From assembly GCA_040755995.1 (NCBI GenBank), contig JBFMAF010000024.1, positions 192,001 through 256,000 of the forward strand: DNA of 64,000 nt, in the 5' to 3' direction. Made by a program: the position numbers and the translations under genes. The DNA comes from Acidobacteriota bacterium. Lineage in GTDB: Bacteria; Acidobacteriota; CAIWXX01. Positions 10,335 through 19,886 of the stretch are shown here, piece after piece (within the stretch, counting starts at the first letter, position 1; every line of letters begins with the position of its first letter). The notes beneath the pieces are model-generated. The model saw nothing but the letters and a program-made list of their open reading frames with translations. It made no database searches and was not told where the DNA came from.

Positions 10335-10685
10335 AATCGCGCACGTTGTTATTCCGCCGTCAAAGGGCGCTAACTGTCGGAGGATCCTCTCGGATCCGGA
10401 GCCTGAGCATCGCTCTACCCCTATGCATCGAACAGCCCAACCAACATGCATGACCCATTTGGCCTCACCTCGCTTATCTTTGATCTTTCAAGTGGGAAAA
10501 TCCATGTCGATCCCGAGCGAGCGGGCATGGACAGCTACGCGCTGGACGCAACCTCGGGCAAAGGGGCTTGCATGAACAACAAGAAGTGCGTGGCAAACCG
10601 GAACGAAGCCCCGATGCCACCTGGTCACTACGTTGCGGACACGACGAACTTCGTTGAAAGTTTCCTACAGCTGGGATGCAAATGA
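10335..10685 (+). pseudogene. Orphan Rhs module 4: degenerate core end + truncated DUF2778/Tlde1-like CT
   Basis: NRARCYS..GR*LSEDP...*..LYPYASNSPTNMHDPFGL has two in-frame stops; the CT has SGKGACMNN.KC......PMPPGHY and then breaks off. Confidence 0.7.
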
Positions 10686-10801
10686 CCAACCGGTGTCTGA
10701 TGCGCTTGTTGATCGCAATCGCCGCTGTCGCTGGCACTGTCGCCGTCTACGTTTTCCTTACGCTCGATGGCCTGTGGAGGATCGGCCACAGAACGGGATA
10801 G
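10658..10801 (+). pseudogene. 3' fragment of a paralogue of the 7427-8143 membrane protein
   Basis: KFPTAGMQMTNRCLMRLLIAIAAVAGTVAVYVFLT versus KWPTAHGQVTNGRLTRLLTAIAAVAFALAVYVFIT (from 8024). Confidence 0.75.
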
Positions 10802-11029
10802 GCACGGGAACTCCGGGAGCTTCTCCCGAGACTTCGAATGATGTTCTTCGAGGACTATGGTGACGGGAACATGATGTCGGCCTATTCTGGACGCACGAGG
10901 GAGCTTGCTGCGAGAGGCTGGGCGGATCGTTGACCATTCCTCGGGAAGGGTGACCTTCGCTCGACCGAGCCTCTCTCCACGGGTACGCCCGCAGCGCGTG
11001 GCGGGCGAGCCGCCGTCAATGGCGGGCAA

Positions 11030-13021
11030 CTACTGCTGCCGATCCCCCTTGATCCTCTCGGCCAGCTGGGCCAGGAAGTCCGGATGGACCTTGAAGCCGA
11101 GGGACTTCGCTCGCTGAGCATGCTGCCAGGCGTCGGCGTACCGGCCGCGCCTGAAGTAGAGCACTGCCAGGTTGTTGTGGAATAGCGCACAGTCTGGGTC
11201 GGCCCCAACCGCGCGGCCGTAAGTTTCGATCGCGCGGTCCTGGTCGCCGATCTGCATGTACAAGGCCCCGAGATTCGTATAAGCGTCCCTGTTCCTCGGC
11301 TCGATGGCGAGCGATTTCTCGCACTGCTCGATCGCGTCGTTCGTACGTCCGGCCGCTGCGTAGGCCACTCCAAGGTTGCTGTATGCCGTAGCCGCACTCG
11401 GATCGAGCTCGATCGACTCCTTCGCCGCCGCAATGGCCTCGTCGATACGCCGCTGCTGCAGCATCGCCGTGCTTAGATTCACGCAGCTCTTCGCGGACCG
11501 GTACCCGAGCTGGTGTGCGTGCAGTATACGCTCGGCTGCCTGGGCCGGAGCCCCGTCGAGCAGATCGCAGTATCCCAGCGCAGCATGCGCCTCGCCGAGC
11601 TGCGGATTCAACGCGACCGCCTTCTCAAAGCACGCCCTCGCCTTCTTGCCCTGTCCGGCATCCAGGTAGCAGTTCCCCAGATTGAAGCTCGCCTTGTCTT
11701 GCTGGTCGTCCAACGATAGGGCCAGCTCGTACTCCCGCATCGCATCTTCCAGCCGGCCCTGCTTGTAAAGCACACCGCCCTTGACGTTATGGGCGGCGGC
11801 AAGCGCCGGGTTGAGCGCGATGGCCTTCTCGATCTCGGTGGCTGCCCTGAGCAGGTCGTTCTTTCTTGCGTAGGTCTCAGCGAGATTGCTATGAGCCAGG
11901 GCGAACTGGGGAGCCTCCGCGACGGCGGCTGCGAGCTCGCCCTCAGCCTTCTCCACCTCGTTTCTCCTCAAGTATATCTCTCCCAGATTGCAGCGGGCCG
12001 CAGCGTAGTTCGGCTTCAGCTCGATGGACCTCTGGTAGGCTGCAACCGCGTCGTCCAGTCTCCCGAGCTTGGCGTACGCTATGCCCAGGTTGTAGTACAC
12101 TTGAGGTTGCAGGGGCCTCCGGCCGAGTATCTCCTTGTAGATCAATACTGCCTCCTCGACATGCCCCGTCCGCCGCTCGATGATGGCCAGCACGTTCCTG
12201 GCTTCCAGGTTGTCCGGTGCGAGATAGGCGGCCTTGAGACACTCGCGGCGCGCATCCTGGTATCTCCGCAGCTCGAGGTAGACCTGGCTGAGCTGAAGAC
12301 CGGCGTCTTCCGGAGCGTTATGACGCTTCGTCCACGCGTGAGCGGCCGGGCCGAAGTATGACTTCACGGTCGATGGGTCGATCGAGTCGCTCACCTTCTG
12401 GTAAACCTTGGCAAGCTCAGCCAGGCGTTCGCTCGCAACCTGCGACTCCGGTGTGTTGAACTTCCGTTCGCGATTGAGCGAGATGATCTTCGACGTGATC
12501 TCGTCGAAGGACGTGCCCCGCCCCAGGATGTCCATCAGAGATGTCCGATCGAACAGGTGAACAGCGCCGAATACGTGGGCCATCTCGTGTCTCAAGTATC
12601 CGATCATCTCCGCCGTGTTCGCTTGTCTTACAGCGATCACGGCAGGCTCGGAGAGCGAGCATCCACGCAGCGTGTCCTTCAATCCGCGCTGCGCAGTGAA
12701 GACAACCAGCACCTCGAACTCCGCGCGTCCCGCCATCTGGTCGGCTCTCTCGGCCAGCAGGTCCAGCGAATCGAGATCGTCGGGGGATTGCCATTCCGCC
12801 TGGCGCGCGACGCGGAACTCGATGTGGAAAAGGCGACCGAACTCCCTGGACACTGCATCAATCACCTTGTCAACGCGTGGGCTCCAGCCATTGTCGTCCC
12901 GGAACTCCTCGTCCGCCAGCACCCCGAGGGCTATCTGCCGGTTACTCGATGATGCATGCGATACGAGAGCCGCCGATGCCAAGACAAGCGGCAGCATCGC
13001 AAGCGCCCTCGCCCCTTGCAT
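11030..13021 (-). CDS. Exported metzincin (reprolysin/M12-like) metallopeptidase with long C-terminal TPR array
   Basis: Signal peptide; HEMAHVFGAVH (HExxHxxGxxH) plus Met-turn SLMD; 10 or more TPRs; AGGAGG SD before ATG 13021. Confidence 0.85.
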   Translation of the reverse strand: MQGARALAMLPLVLASAALVSHASSSNRQIALGVLADEEFRDDNGWSPRVDKVIDAVSREFGRLFHIEFRVARQAEWQSPDDLDSLDLLAERADQMAGRAEFEVLVVFTAQRGLKDTLRGCSLSEPAVIAVRQANTAEMIGYLRHEMAHVFGAVHLFDRTSLMDILGRGTSFDEITSKIISLNRERKFNTPESQVASERLAELAKVYQKVSDSIDPSTVKSYFGPAAHAWTKRHNAPEDAGLQLSQVYLELRRYQDARRECLKAAYLAPDNLEARNVLAIIERRTGHVEEAVLIYKEILGRRPLQPQVYYNLGIAYAKLGRLDDAVAAYQRSIELKPNYAAARCNLGEIYLRRNEVEKAEGELAAAVAEAPQFALAHSNLAETYARKNDLLRAATEIEKAIALNPALAAAHNVKGGVLYKQGRLEDAMREYELALSLDDQQDKASFNLGNCYLDAGQGKKARACFEKAVALNPQLGEAHAALGYCDLLDGAPAQAAERILHAHQLGYRSAKSCVNLSTAMLQQRRIDEAIAAAKESIELDPSAATAYSNLGVAYAAAGRTNDAIEQCEKSLAIEPRNRDAYTNLGALYMQIGDQDRAIETYGRAVGADPDCALFHNNLAVLYFRRGRYADAWQHAQRAKSLGFKVHPDFLAQLAERIKGDRQQ

Positions 13022-13124
13022 GGCTCCTCCTCTTTGGCCCATTATAACCGCCCACACACCAGCCTTCCACCCTCGCCGCCGCCCAGAAGTACTGATCCCA
13101 TTAGCATGATCCAATTTCGTTGAA

Positions 13125-13224
13125 TGGACCGGTCCACTTTCTGACATCTGGATCTTGACTTCATTAGTACATTGACTTAGATTGAACATGGAGCCGGCCA
13201 ATGGTGATTGGCTGGTCAGCCAAT
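13125..13224 (+). promoter_or_regulatory. Sigma70-type promoter with MocR-type operator palindromes
   Basis: TTGACT(13155)-17 nt-TAGATT(13178); palindromes TGGACCGGTCCA (13125-13136) and ATTGGCTG-GT-CAGCCAAT (13207-13224). Confidence 0.65.
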
Positions 13225-13242
13225 TGAGACTTCGAAGGCGGC

Positions 13243-14745
13243 ATGAACATTCAGATTGACCGGGAGAGCCGGGTCCCGGTGTATCAGCAGATCAGCGGCA
13301 AGATCAAGGAGATGGTGCTGTCGGGGCGCATGCCGCCGGGGTATCGTCTGCCTCCTGAGCGGCGGCTCGCCGCGGCGCTGAAGGTGAATCGCAGCACGAT
13401 CCTGAACGCCTATCGCGAGCTCAAGGCCGGCGGGCTCGTGGACGCGCACGTCGGCCGCGGCACGGCCGTGGTTGCGCGACGCTTCGCCGGCGCCGAGCCC
13501 CAGAGAGCTCAAGTACTGCCGTGGCGGCAGTTCGCGAGGGCGGGCGTCTCGCGGGAAGATGATCCGCTGCTAAGGGATCTCCTGGAGCTCACCGAGCGCC
13601 GGGACCTGGTGTCGCTTTCCGTCGGCCTGCCTGCGCCCGAGCTCCTGCCGCTCGACACCGTGCGCGACATTCTGGGTCGGATCCTGGCTGATGTGGGTCC
13701 GCCGAGCCTGCTGCACTGTCCCACCGAAGGGCTCACCGTTCTGCGCGAAGCAGTCAGCCGGCAGATGGCATCGAGAGGTGTTCAGTGTGGCGCGCCCGAC
13801 GTGCTCATCACCTCGGGCTCGCAGCAGGGGCTGGACCTGATGGCCCGCATCCTGATCGATCCCGGAGACATGGTGGTTGTCGAGGAGCCGTCGTTTTTCG
13901 TTGCACTCCAGGTCTTTCGTTCCGCAGGAGCGCGACTCATCGGCGTGCCCGTGGACCAGGATGGAATTCGGACGGACGTGCTGGAATCGATCTTTTCTCG
14001 ATTTCACCCCAAGCTGGTCTACACGCTGCCGACGTTCCAGAACCCGAGCGGGGCCGTCATGAGCCTCGACCGCCGCCGCCACCTGCTCGCGATCGCGTAC
14101 CGCTACCAGATCCCGATCCTCGAAGATGATCCATACCACGACTTGCGGTACGACGGCGAGCCGCTCCCACCGCTCAAGGCGCTCGACATGTATGGCCACG
14201 TTGCCTACCTGAGCTCGTTCTCGAAGGTGCTCTTCCCTGGACTCAGGCTGGGATGGCTCGTAGCCCAACGCCCCGTCATCCGGCAGCTCGCGCTGGCCAA
14301 GCAGAGCCTGGATCTGCATTCCAACACGTTGGGCCAGCATCTGGTGCAGCGGTTCCTGGACGATGGTCACTACGACGATCACTTACGCCGGGTGCGCCCG
14401 GTCTACGCACGGCGCCGGGACGCGATGGACACGGTGCTTCGAGCGAACGCTCGCGATCATATGACCTGGAGGCGCCCGGACGGCGGGTTCTATTTCTGGT
14501 GCCAGCTACCGCCGTCCGTTTCGCTGGCTCGACTGCTGGCCGAGGCTGCCGAGGAGAAGGTGTCGTTCTTGCCAGGTGGAGCCTGTTTTGCGGGCGAGCC
14601 CGCCGAGCCTCATATCCGGCTCAATTTCAGTTTTCCGAGCGAGGAACAGATCGGGGACGGTGTGTTGGCGCTCATGCGCGCGATGCGACGAGCGATCGAT
14701 GAACCTGCACGGGGCAGGCACAGGGGCACGCCGCCGATTGTCTGA
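13243..14745 (+). CDS. MocR/GabR-subfamily GntR regulator (wHTH + PLP aminotransferase domain)
   Basis: PVYQQI...LPPERRLA..LKVNRST HTH; FQNPSG; SFSKVLFPGLRLG. Confidence 0.95.
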   Translation: MNIQIDRESRVPVYQQISGKIKEMVLSGRMPPGYRLPPERRLAAALKVNRSTILNAYRELKAGGLVDAHVGRGTAVVARRFAGAEPQRAQVLPWRQFARAGVSREDDPLLRDLLELTERRDLVSLSVGLPAPELLPLDTVRDILGRILADVGPPSLLHCPTEGLTVLREAVSRQMASRGVQCGAPDVLITSGSQQGLDLMARILIDPGDMVVVEEPSFFVALQVFRSAGARLIGVPVDQDGIRTDVLESIFSRFHPKLVYTLPTFQNPSGAVMSLDRRRHLLAIAYRYQIPILEDDPYHDLRYDGEPLPPLKALDMYGHVAYLSSFSKVLFPGLRLGWLVAQRPVIRQLALAKQSLDLHSNTLGQHLVQRFLDDGHYDDHLRRVRPVYARRRDAMDTVLRANARDHMTWRRPDGGFYFWCQLPPSVSLARLLAEAAEEKVSFLPGGACFAGEPAEPHIRLNFSFPSEEQIGDGVLALMRAMRRAIDEPARGRHRGTPPIV

Positions 14746-14768
14746 GAGGATTGAAAGGAGAGACCGCC

Positions 14769-16016
14769 ATGGTGATGGAGCTTGCGAGACGCGTGAAGGG
14801 GCTGAAGGCTTCCGACATCCGCGAAATACTGAAGCTGACGCAGCAGCCCGAGATGATCTCATTCGCCGGCGGGCTGCCGGCGCCGGAGCTGTTCCCGGCC
14901 GAGCAGATGAAGGAGGCCGCGATACGAGTCCTGGAGACCGCGGGCGCACAGGCTCTTCAGTACTCGAACAGCGAAGGGTATCTGCCGTTGCGGGAGAAGA
15001 TCGCGACCCGGATGCGGTCGAAGTTGTGGATCCGGGCATCGGCCTCCGAGATCCTCGTCACGGTCGGCTCGCAGCAGGGCCTCGACCTCTCCGGCAAGCT
15101 GTTCCTCGACGAGGGCGACATGCTGTTCTGCGAGAGCCCCACCTACGTCGGCGCCATCAACGCATTTCAGGTATTTCGGCCGCGCTTCGTGGAGGTGCCG
15201 ACCGATGAGGAGGGGATGGTGATCGCGGAGCTGGAGGCGCTGATAGCCAGGCATGGAAGGCCCAAGTTCATCTACGTGATCCCGGATTTCCAGAACCCAT
15301 CGGGCCGTACGTGGTCGCTCGACCGGCGCCGTCAATTCATCGATTTCATCGGGCGCAATCAGATCCCGGTGGTGGAGGACTGTCCGTACGCCGAGCTGCG
15401 TTACGACGGAACGCCGCTACCTCCACTCAAGGCGCTCGACACCCATGGGCTGGTCATCTTCCTCGGGACTTTTTCGAAAATACTCTCGCCCGGCTTGCGC
15501 ATCGGCTGGCTGTACGCATCGCGCGCGCTGTTCGACAAGCTCGTCGTGATGAAGCAGAGCGGAGACCTGCACAGCTCCACACTCTCGCAGATGCAGATCG
15601 CCGCCTATCTCGACATGTGCGACATCGAGAAGCACATCGAGACGCTCTGCCGTGTCTACCGCCAGAGGCGTGACGCGATGATCCGGACGTTGGAAGCGAC
15701 GATGCCGGAGAGCGTCGAGTTCACGCGGCCCGGGGGCGGGCTGTTCTCGTGGGTGGAGCTCCCCCAAGGGCTAAACGCGCGCGTTCTGCTCCGCAGTTGC
15801 CTCGAACGCAACGTCGCGTTCGTCCCCGGAGGCGGCTTCTTTCCGAACGGCGGCCATGAGCACGCAATGCGGCTCAACTTCTCCAACATGCCTCCCGCCC
15901 GCATCGAGGAGGGCATTGCACGCCTGGCCGACACGGTGCAGGAGGCACTCGAAGCAAGAGCGGCCGCGAGAGACGAACCGACCACTCTCGCACGGGCTGC
16001 CGCAGCGGCCCGCTAG
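14769..16016 (+). CDS. Class I/II PLP aminotransferase (2-aminoadipate transaminase-like)
   Basis: SDIREILK..ISFAGGLPAPELFP, FQNPSG, TFSKILSPGLRIG; AAGGAG SD. Confidence 0.92.
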   Translation: MVMELARRVKGLKASDIREILKLTQQPEMISFAGGLPAPELFPAEQMKEAAIRVLETAGAQALQYSNSEGYLPLREKIATRMRSKLWIRASASEILVTVGSQQGLDLSGKLFLDEGDMLFCESPTYVGAINAFQVFRPRFVEVPTDEEGMVIAELEALIARHGRPKFIYVIPDFQNPSGRTWSLDRRRQFIDFIGRNQIPVVEDCPYAELRYDGTPLPPLKALDTHGLVIFLGTFSKILSPGLRIGWLYASRALFDKLVVMKQSGDLHSSTLSQMQIAAYLDMCDIEKHIETLCRVYRQRRDAMIRTLEATMPESVEFTRPGGGLFSWVELPQGLNARVLLRSCLERNVAFVPGGGFFPNGGHEHAMRLNFSNMPPARIEEGIARLADTVQEALEARAAARDEPTTLARAAAAAR

Positions 16017-16260
16017 ACGATGGGATCGTTCCCTGTCGGGTACGCGAACGGGTACGGGCACGATCCGTGGGCACTGTCGAGATCGCTCGCACATGCGGCT
16101 GACCCCCGGGACGCGGCGGCCCATGGGCCAGGGCCGCCGCCCGGAGCCCGGTAGGCACCCCATCCACCACGCCGGGTTGACTCCGCTTCCTGAAACATAG
16201 AAGCTGTAGCCGGCTTGCGCGGTTTGGCGCGGCAGCCACTCGTGAATCTGGAGGCTGTGG

Positions 16261-18096
16261 ATGAGACGACTGCGGGTTATGGTCGCGCTGGGCTTTGGCT
16301 GGACGACGGCTGTTTGGGCGGCAGACCCCGGGACGGATTCGCCGGACCGCTCCTTCGTTCTCGACACAGAGGCCAAAGCCGTGATTGCCCTGGACGCGAT
16401 AACGGGCAAGACCTCCGGCTCGGTCCAGCTGGGCGGGCAGCCGGATACCATGTTCTGGGCCGCTCATGGAGAGAGACTTGTGGTCATCGATCCGGGCCCT
16501 GGGGAAATGACCGCCCGATCGGGATTCCGTCCGCGAGGAAGATCCTCGATCGCAGTGATCGACCCGACAGAGATGAAGCTCGCGGGACGCACGGAGATCG
16601 GGTGGAACCTCGAGGAGGCCTTTCTCGATCCGGGAGGCGATCGGCTCGTCGCGTTCTGCTCGGGATATCGATCCCAGAAACCGGGGGAGGCTCTGCCACG
16701 CGAGATCTATGTCGTCGACATTGTGCAGGGTCGCGTTGCCGCGCGTGCGAACATGCCTCGGCCGGTCGCCTCTCTCGTCCTCTCGAAGGACGGCCGGACG
16801 ATCATGGCCTTCTCGCCTGCCGAGGAGCCGCAGGAAGGATCATTCACTCCTGCCGAGCTCCGATTCCTGAGCGTCGAAACCGGCGAACTGCTGCTAGAGC
16901 TTCCGCTGAATGGAGACCCCGGGCCGCCCGCCCTTAGCCACAACGGGCATTGGCTATACATTCTGGATCCAGGGCGGCGGGACAAGAAGGACAAAATCGA
17001 CGGCAACCTCCAGGTCGTATCGACCAGCGACGGGACAATCCAGTCGCTGATCGACGTGGGTTCAGAACCAAGCGGCCTTTTCTTCGATGACTCGAGTGAT
17101 CGCGTTTTCTTGCTGAGCAACGGGGCGGCCGGCAAGGACGAGCAGCGCGGCCAGGGCGAGTTGCGCGTCATCGAAGGTGCCCTCCCGGCGGCCACCATCA
17201 GGGTTGGTCCGTCTCCATCGTTCGTGCGGATTTCACCGGACCGTAGCCGGCTTTACGTCCTCGCCCCGGGTCTGTTGACGGCGATCAAGATGCCTGCGCT
17301 GGAGCTCGAGTGGCAGATGGCGCTCGAGTCAGCCGAGGCGATCGTCGCCAAAGGAGGTCTGATCACTCCGCCGAAACACCCGTATCCCGTCGACGAGTTC
17401 GCGATCGCGCCGGACGGAAGATGCGGTTTCGTTCTATACGAAGAATCGAACAAGCTGCAGGTAGTCGACCTCGAGAAGCCCGCACCGGTGGCGACGGTAG
17501 AGACGGGGCGGGCTGCCGTCAGGTTCGCGAAATACCTCGGAGCCGTTGCGGCTACGGCCGCGTCGGCGGCCGCCTCTGCTTACGGCTGGTCACCGGGCGA
17601 CGTGTACACGGTGGCACCTGCCGACACATCGATGGCGATCAGACCGGACGGGAAGTACGTCTACGTGCTGAACACGCAGACCGAGGACGTCACCGTGGTC
17701 GATTCGGCCACAGCGCGGGTTGTTGCCAAGATCGGCGGCGGCGGGGACCGGCTTCAGCTGCTTGGAGGAGGCGACGTCCTCGCAATCCCAGGCTACTCGT
17801 CGCTGCACCTGATCGACACGCGAGCTCAGAAGGCACTCCCGGAGATCCCCATCGACGGGGTCTTGTGGAGCCTTCTGCCCTCTGAGGACGGCCGTCACGT
17901 TCTGGCGGTCGGCGAGAAGGAAGTCATCTGCCTCGACAGCTCCACGGGCCGCATTGTCGCAAAAGCCCGTGGCTTCAGACAAGCTGGTCCCGCGCTCTTC
18001 GATTACCCAAGGCGGCCCGCGCCGGAGCTGGTCGCGCAGACTCAGCCGTCGCCGCAGTCGCAGCCGTTTCCTCGGACGCAACCCGACGAGCAATGA
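16261..18096 (+). CDS. Exported beta-propeller (YVTN/YncE-like) protein
   Basis: Signal peptide; repeated (S/A)PDG..LYV / V.V.D......V..I blades. Confidence 0.8.
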   Translation: MRRLRVMVALGFGWTTAVWAADPGTDSPDRSFVLDTEAKAVIALDAITGKTSGSVQLGGQPDTMFWAAHGERLVVIDPGPGEMTARSGFRPRGRSSIAVIDPTEMKLAGRTEIGWNLEEAFLDPGGDRLVAFCSGYRSQKPGEALPREIYVVDIVQGRVAARANMPRPVASLVLSKDGRTIMAFSPAEEPQEGSFTPAELRFLSVETGELLLELPLNGDPGPPALSHNGHWLYILDPGRRDKKDKIDGNLQVVSTSDGTIQSLIDVGSEPSGLFFDDSSDRVFLLSNGAAGKDEQRGQGELRVIEGALPAATIRVGPSPSFVRISPDRSRLYVLAPGLLTAIKMPALELEWQMALESAEAIVAKGGLITPPKHPYPVDEFAIAPDGRCGFVLYEESNKLQVVDLEKPAPVATVETGRAAVRFAKYLGAVAATAASAAASAYGWSPGDVYTVAPADTSMAIRPDGKYVYVLNTQTEDVTVVDSATARVVAKIGGGGDRLQLLGGGDVLAIPGYSSLHLIDTRAQKALPEIPIDGVLWSLLPSEDGRHVLAVGEKEVICLDSSTGRIVAKARGFRQAGPALFDYPRRPAPELVAQTQPSPQSQPFPRTQPDEQ

Positions 18097-18413
18097 CGCC
18101 GCCAGGCGTGCCGGATGATTGACGGCCGCACCGCGCGCGAGGGAGGGTTTCGAGCTGGTGGTAACCCACCCTGTCCCGCTGTCCCAGCGGCAGCAGGGCC
18201 AGGGCTTGAAACGATCGCCGCCGCCAGCTAGAATGATTGGCTGGCATTTAGTAGATTCTAAGCAATGGGCGCGTGTCTTTCCTCGGGTTGGCAAGTAGGT
18301 GCTTATCGTCGAATCCTTGCCAAGATCTTGTCAGCGGTTCGGGCATGATCAGGACCTAGTATCCCTGTTCAGGCAGCATCGAATGTGTCTACGATCATGA
18401 CGGATAACCAACG

Positions 18414-19886
18414 TTGTTCGGCAGAGCCGCGGTATCGGTGAACATGATGGATCACACGGTTGAGGCCCGAAGGGGGCTCTGTCGGATGGCCAAGGTCAGA
18501 GACGGGGACGAATGCGTGTACGCGGAGATCCTGGAGAACATCAGTATAGGGGCACTGGCGGTGGATGTCATTCACAGAAGAGTCATTTTTCAGAACCGGG
18601 CAGCCACGATGATGCTCGAGGGAATGGTGCCTGGGGACTATGAGGCCCTGAGATCCGTCTTGCCTGAACTGGATGAGTGCATGCCGAGCGATTGCCAGAC
18701 TTCCCCCAGGGCCGCCAGCTACGCAGGCAGGGCCCTCGGCTACAGTATGTACAGGGCTATCGAGGGGTACTACTGGGTGTTCCTTCGCGACATCACGGAG
18801 CGCATCGCGAAGGAGCAGGAGCGTCTCCTCTTGACGGCGGCGGTGGAGTCCGCTGATCAGGCAATCGCGATTGCAGACAGAAACGGGATCATCAGCTATG
18901 TGAACTCGGCAGTCGCGCGGATCACCCGTCACGTAAGAGAGGAACTCATCGGTCAGCACATTCAGGTCCTCGTCAGAGACCGGGACAACGACGCTGAGCG
19001 CTTCCAGAAACTGTCGGCGATAATGGGGAAGGGCGAGGTGTGGAGCGACCGAATGACTGCGCGTGGAGGCGACGGGTCGCTCTACATTGCGGACATGACG
19101 ATCTCACCAGTTAGGGATGCATCCGGAGAGATCATCAATTACGTCGTGTTTCAAACAGATGTGACTGAGAAAGCCAGGCTGGAGTCCATTGCCGAAGCAG
19201 TCGACTTGATGAACAACGCGGGCTGCATCTTCGCGGGGATCAGGCATGAGATCGGCAATCCGATCAACTCGATAAAGATGGCGCTGAGTGTACTCAAGGC
19301 CAATCTCGACAGTTACTCCAGGGAGGCAACGGCGGTCTATGTCGACAGAGCACTGTGTGAGATCGCGAGGGTGGAGTATCTTCTGAGGGCTCTGAAGAGC
19401 TTCAACCTGTATGAGAGACTCAGCATTGAGGACGTACCGGTGGCGGTGTTCATGGCCAAATTCCTCTCGCTTGCACGGGGTGATTTCGAGAAGAGAGGCG
19501 TCCAGATACGGTGTGTCATTCATCCTGAAGTCGACGGCGTGCGCGCCGATCCCAGGGCGCTCCAGCAGCTCTTACTGAATGTCCTGGCCAATGCTTCGGA
19601 TGCCTTGGAAGGGGTCGATGAACCCAAAGTGGTCATTAGCATCTACCAAGTGGAAGGGCGGGTTAGGATGGCCGTCACTGACAACGGTCAAGGCATTGCA
19701 GAGGAGGACATGGACCAACTGTTCAAGCCGTTCTTCACTACGAAGACCAGCGGGACAGGGCTTGGCCTCATGCTCACGAGAAAGATGCTCGCGAAAATGG
19801 GTGGAACCATAGAGATCACAAGCTGCAGGGACGCGGGAACCATCGCGGAACTGGACCTGCCTGGATGCGAATGTGGGCAGCGATAG
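18414..19886 (+). CDS. PAS-domain sensor histidine kinase (start uncertain)
   Basis: PAS/PAC; RHEIGNP H-box; NVLANA, DNGQGI, PFFTTK, GTGLGL. Confidence 0.92.
   Translation: MFGRAAVSVNMMDHTVEARRGLCRMAKVRDGDECVYAEILENISIGALAVDVIHRRVIFQNRAATMMLEGMVPGDYEALRSVLPELDECMPSDCQTSPRAASYAGRALGYSMYRAIEGYYWVFLRDITERIAKEQERLLLTAAVESADQAIAIADRNGIISYVNSAVARITRHVREELIGQHIQVLVRDRDNDAERFQKLSAIMGKGEVWSDRMTARGGDGSLYIADMTISPVRDASGEIINYVVFQTDVTEKARLESIAEAVDLMNNAGCIFAGIRHEIGNPINSIKMALSVLKANLDSYSREATAVYVDRALCEIARVEYLLRALKSFNLYERLSIEDVPVAVFMAKFLSLARGDFEKRGVQIRCVIHPEVDGVRADPRALQQLLLNVLANASDALEGVDEPKVVISIYQVEGRVRMAVTDNGQGIAEEDMDQLFKPFFTTKTSGTGLGLMLTRKMLAKMGGTIEITSCRDAGTIAELDLPGCECGQR

Noticed and set aside
18288..18303. 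Sigma54 promoter TTGGCAAGTAGGTGCT
   Set aside because: GG-GC spacing is 9 nt rather than the required 10.
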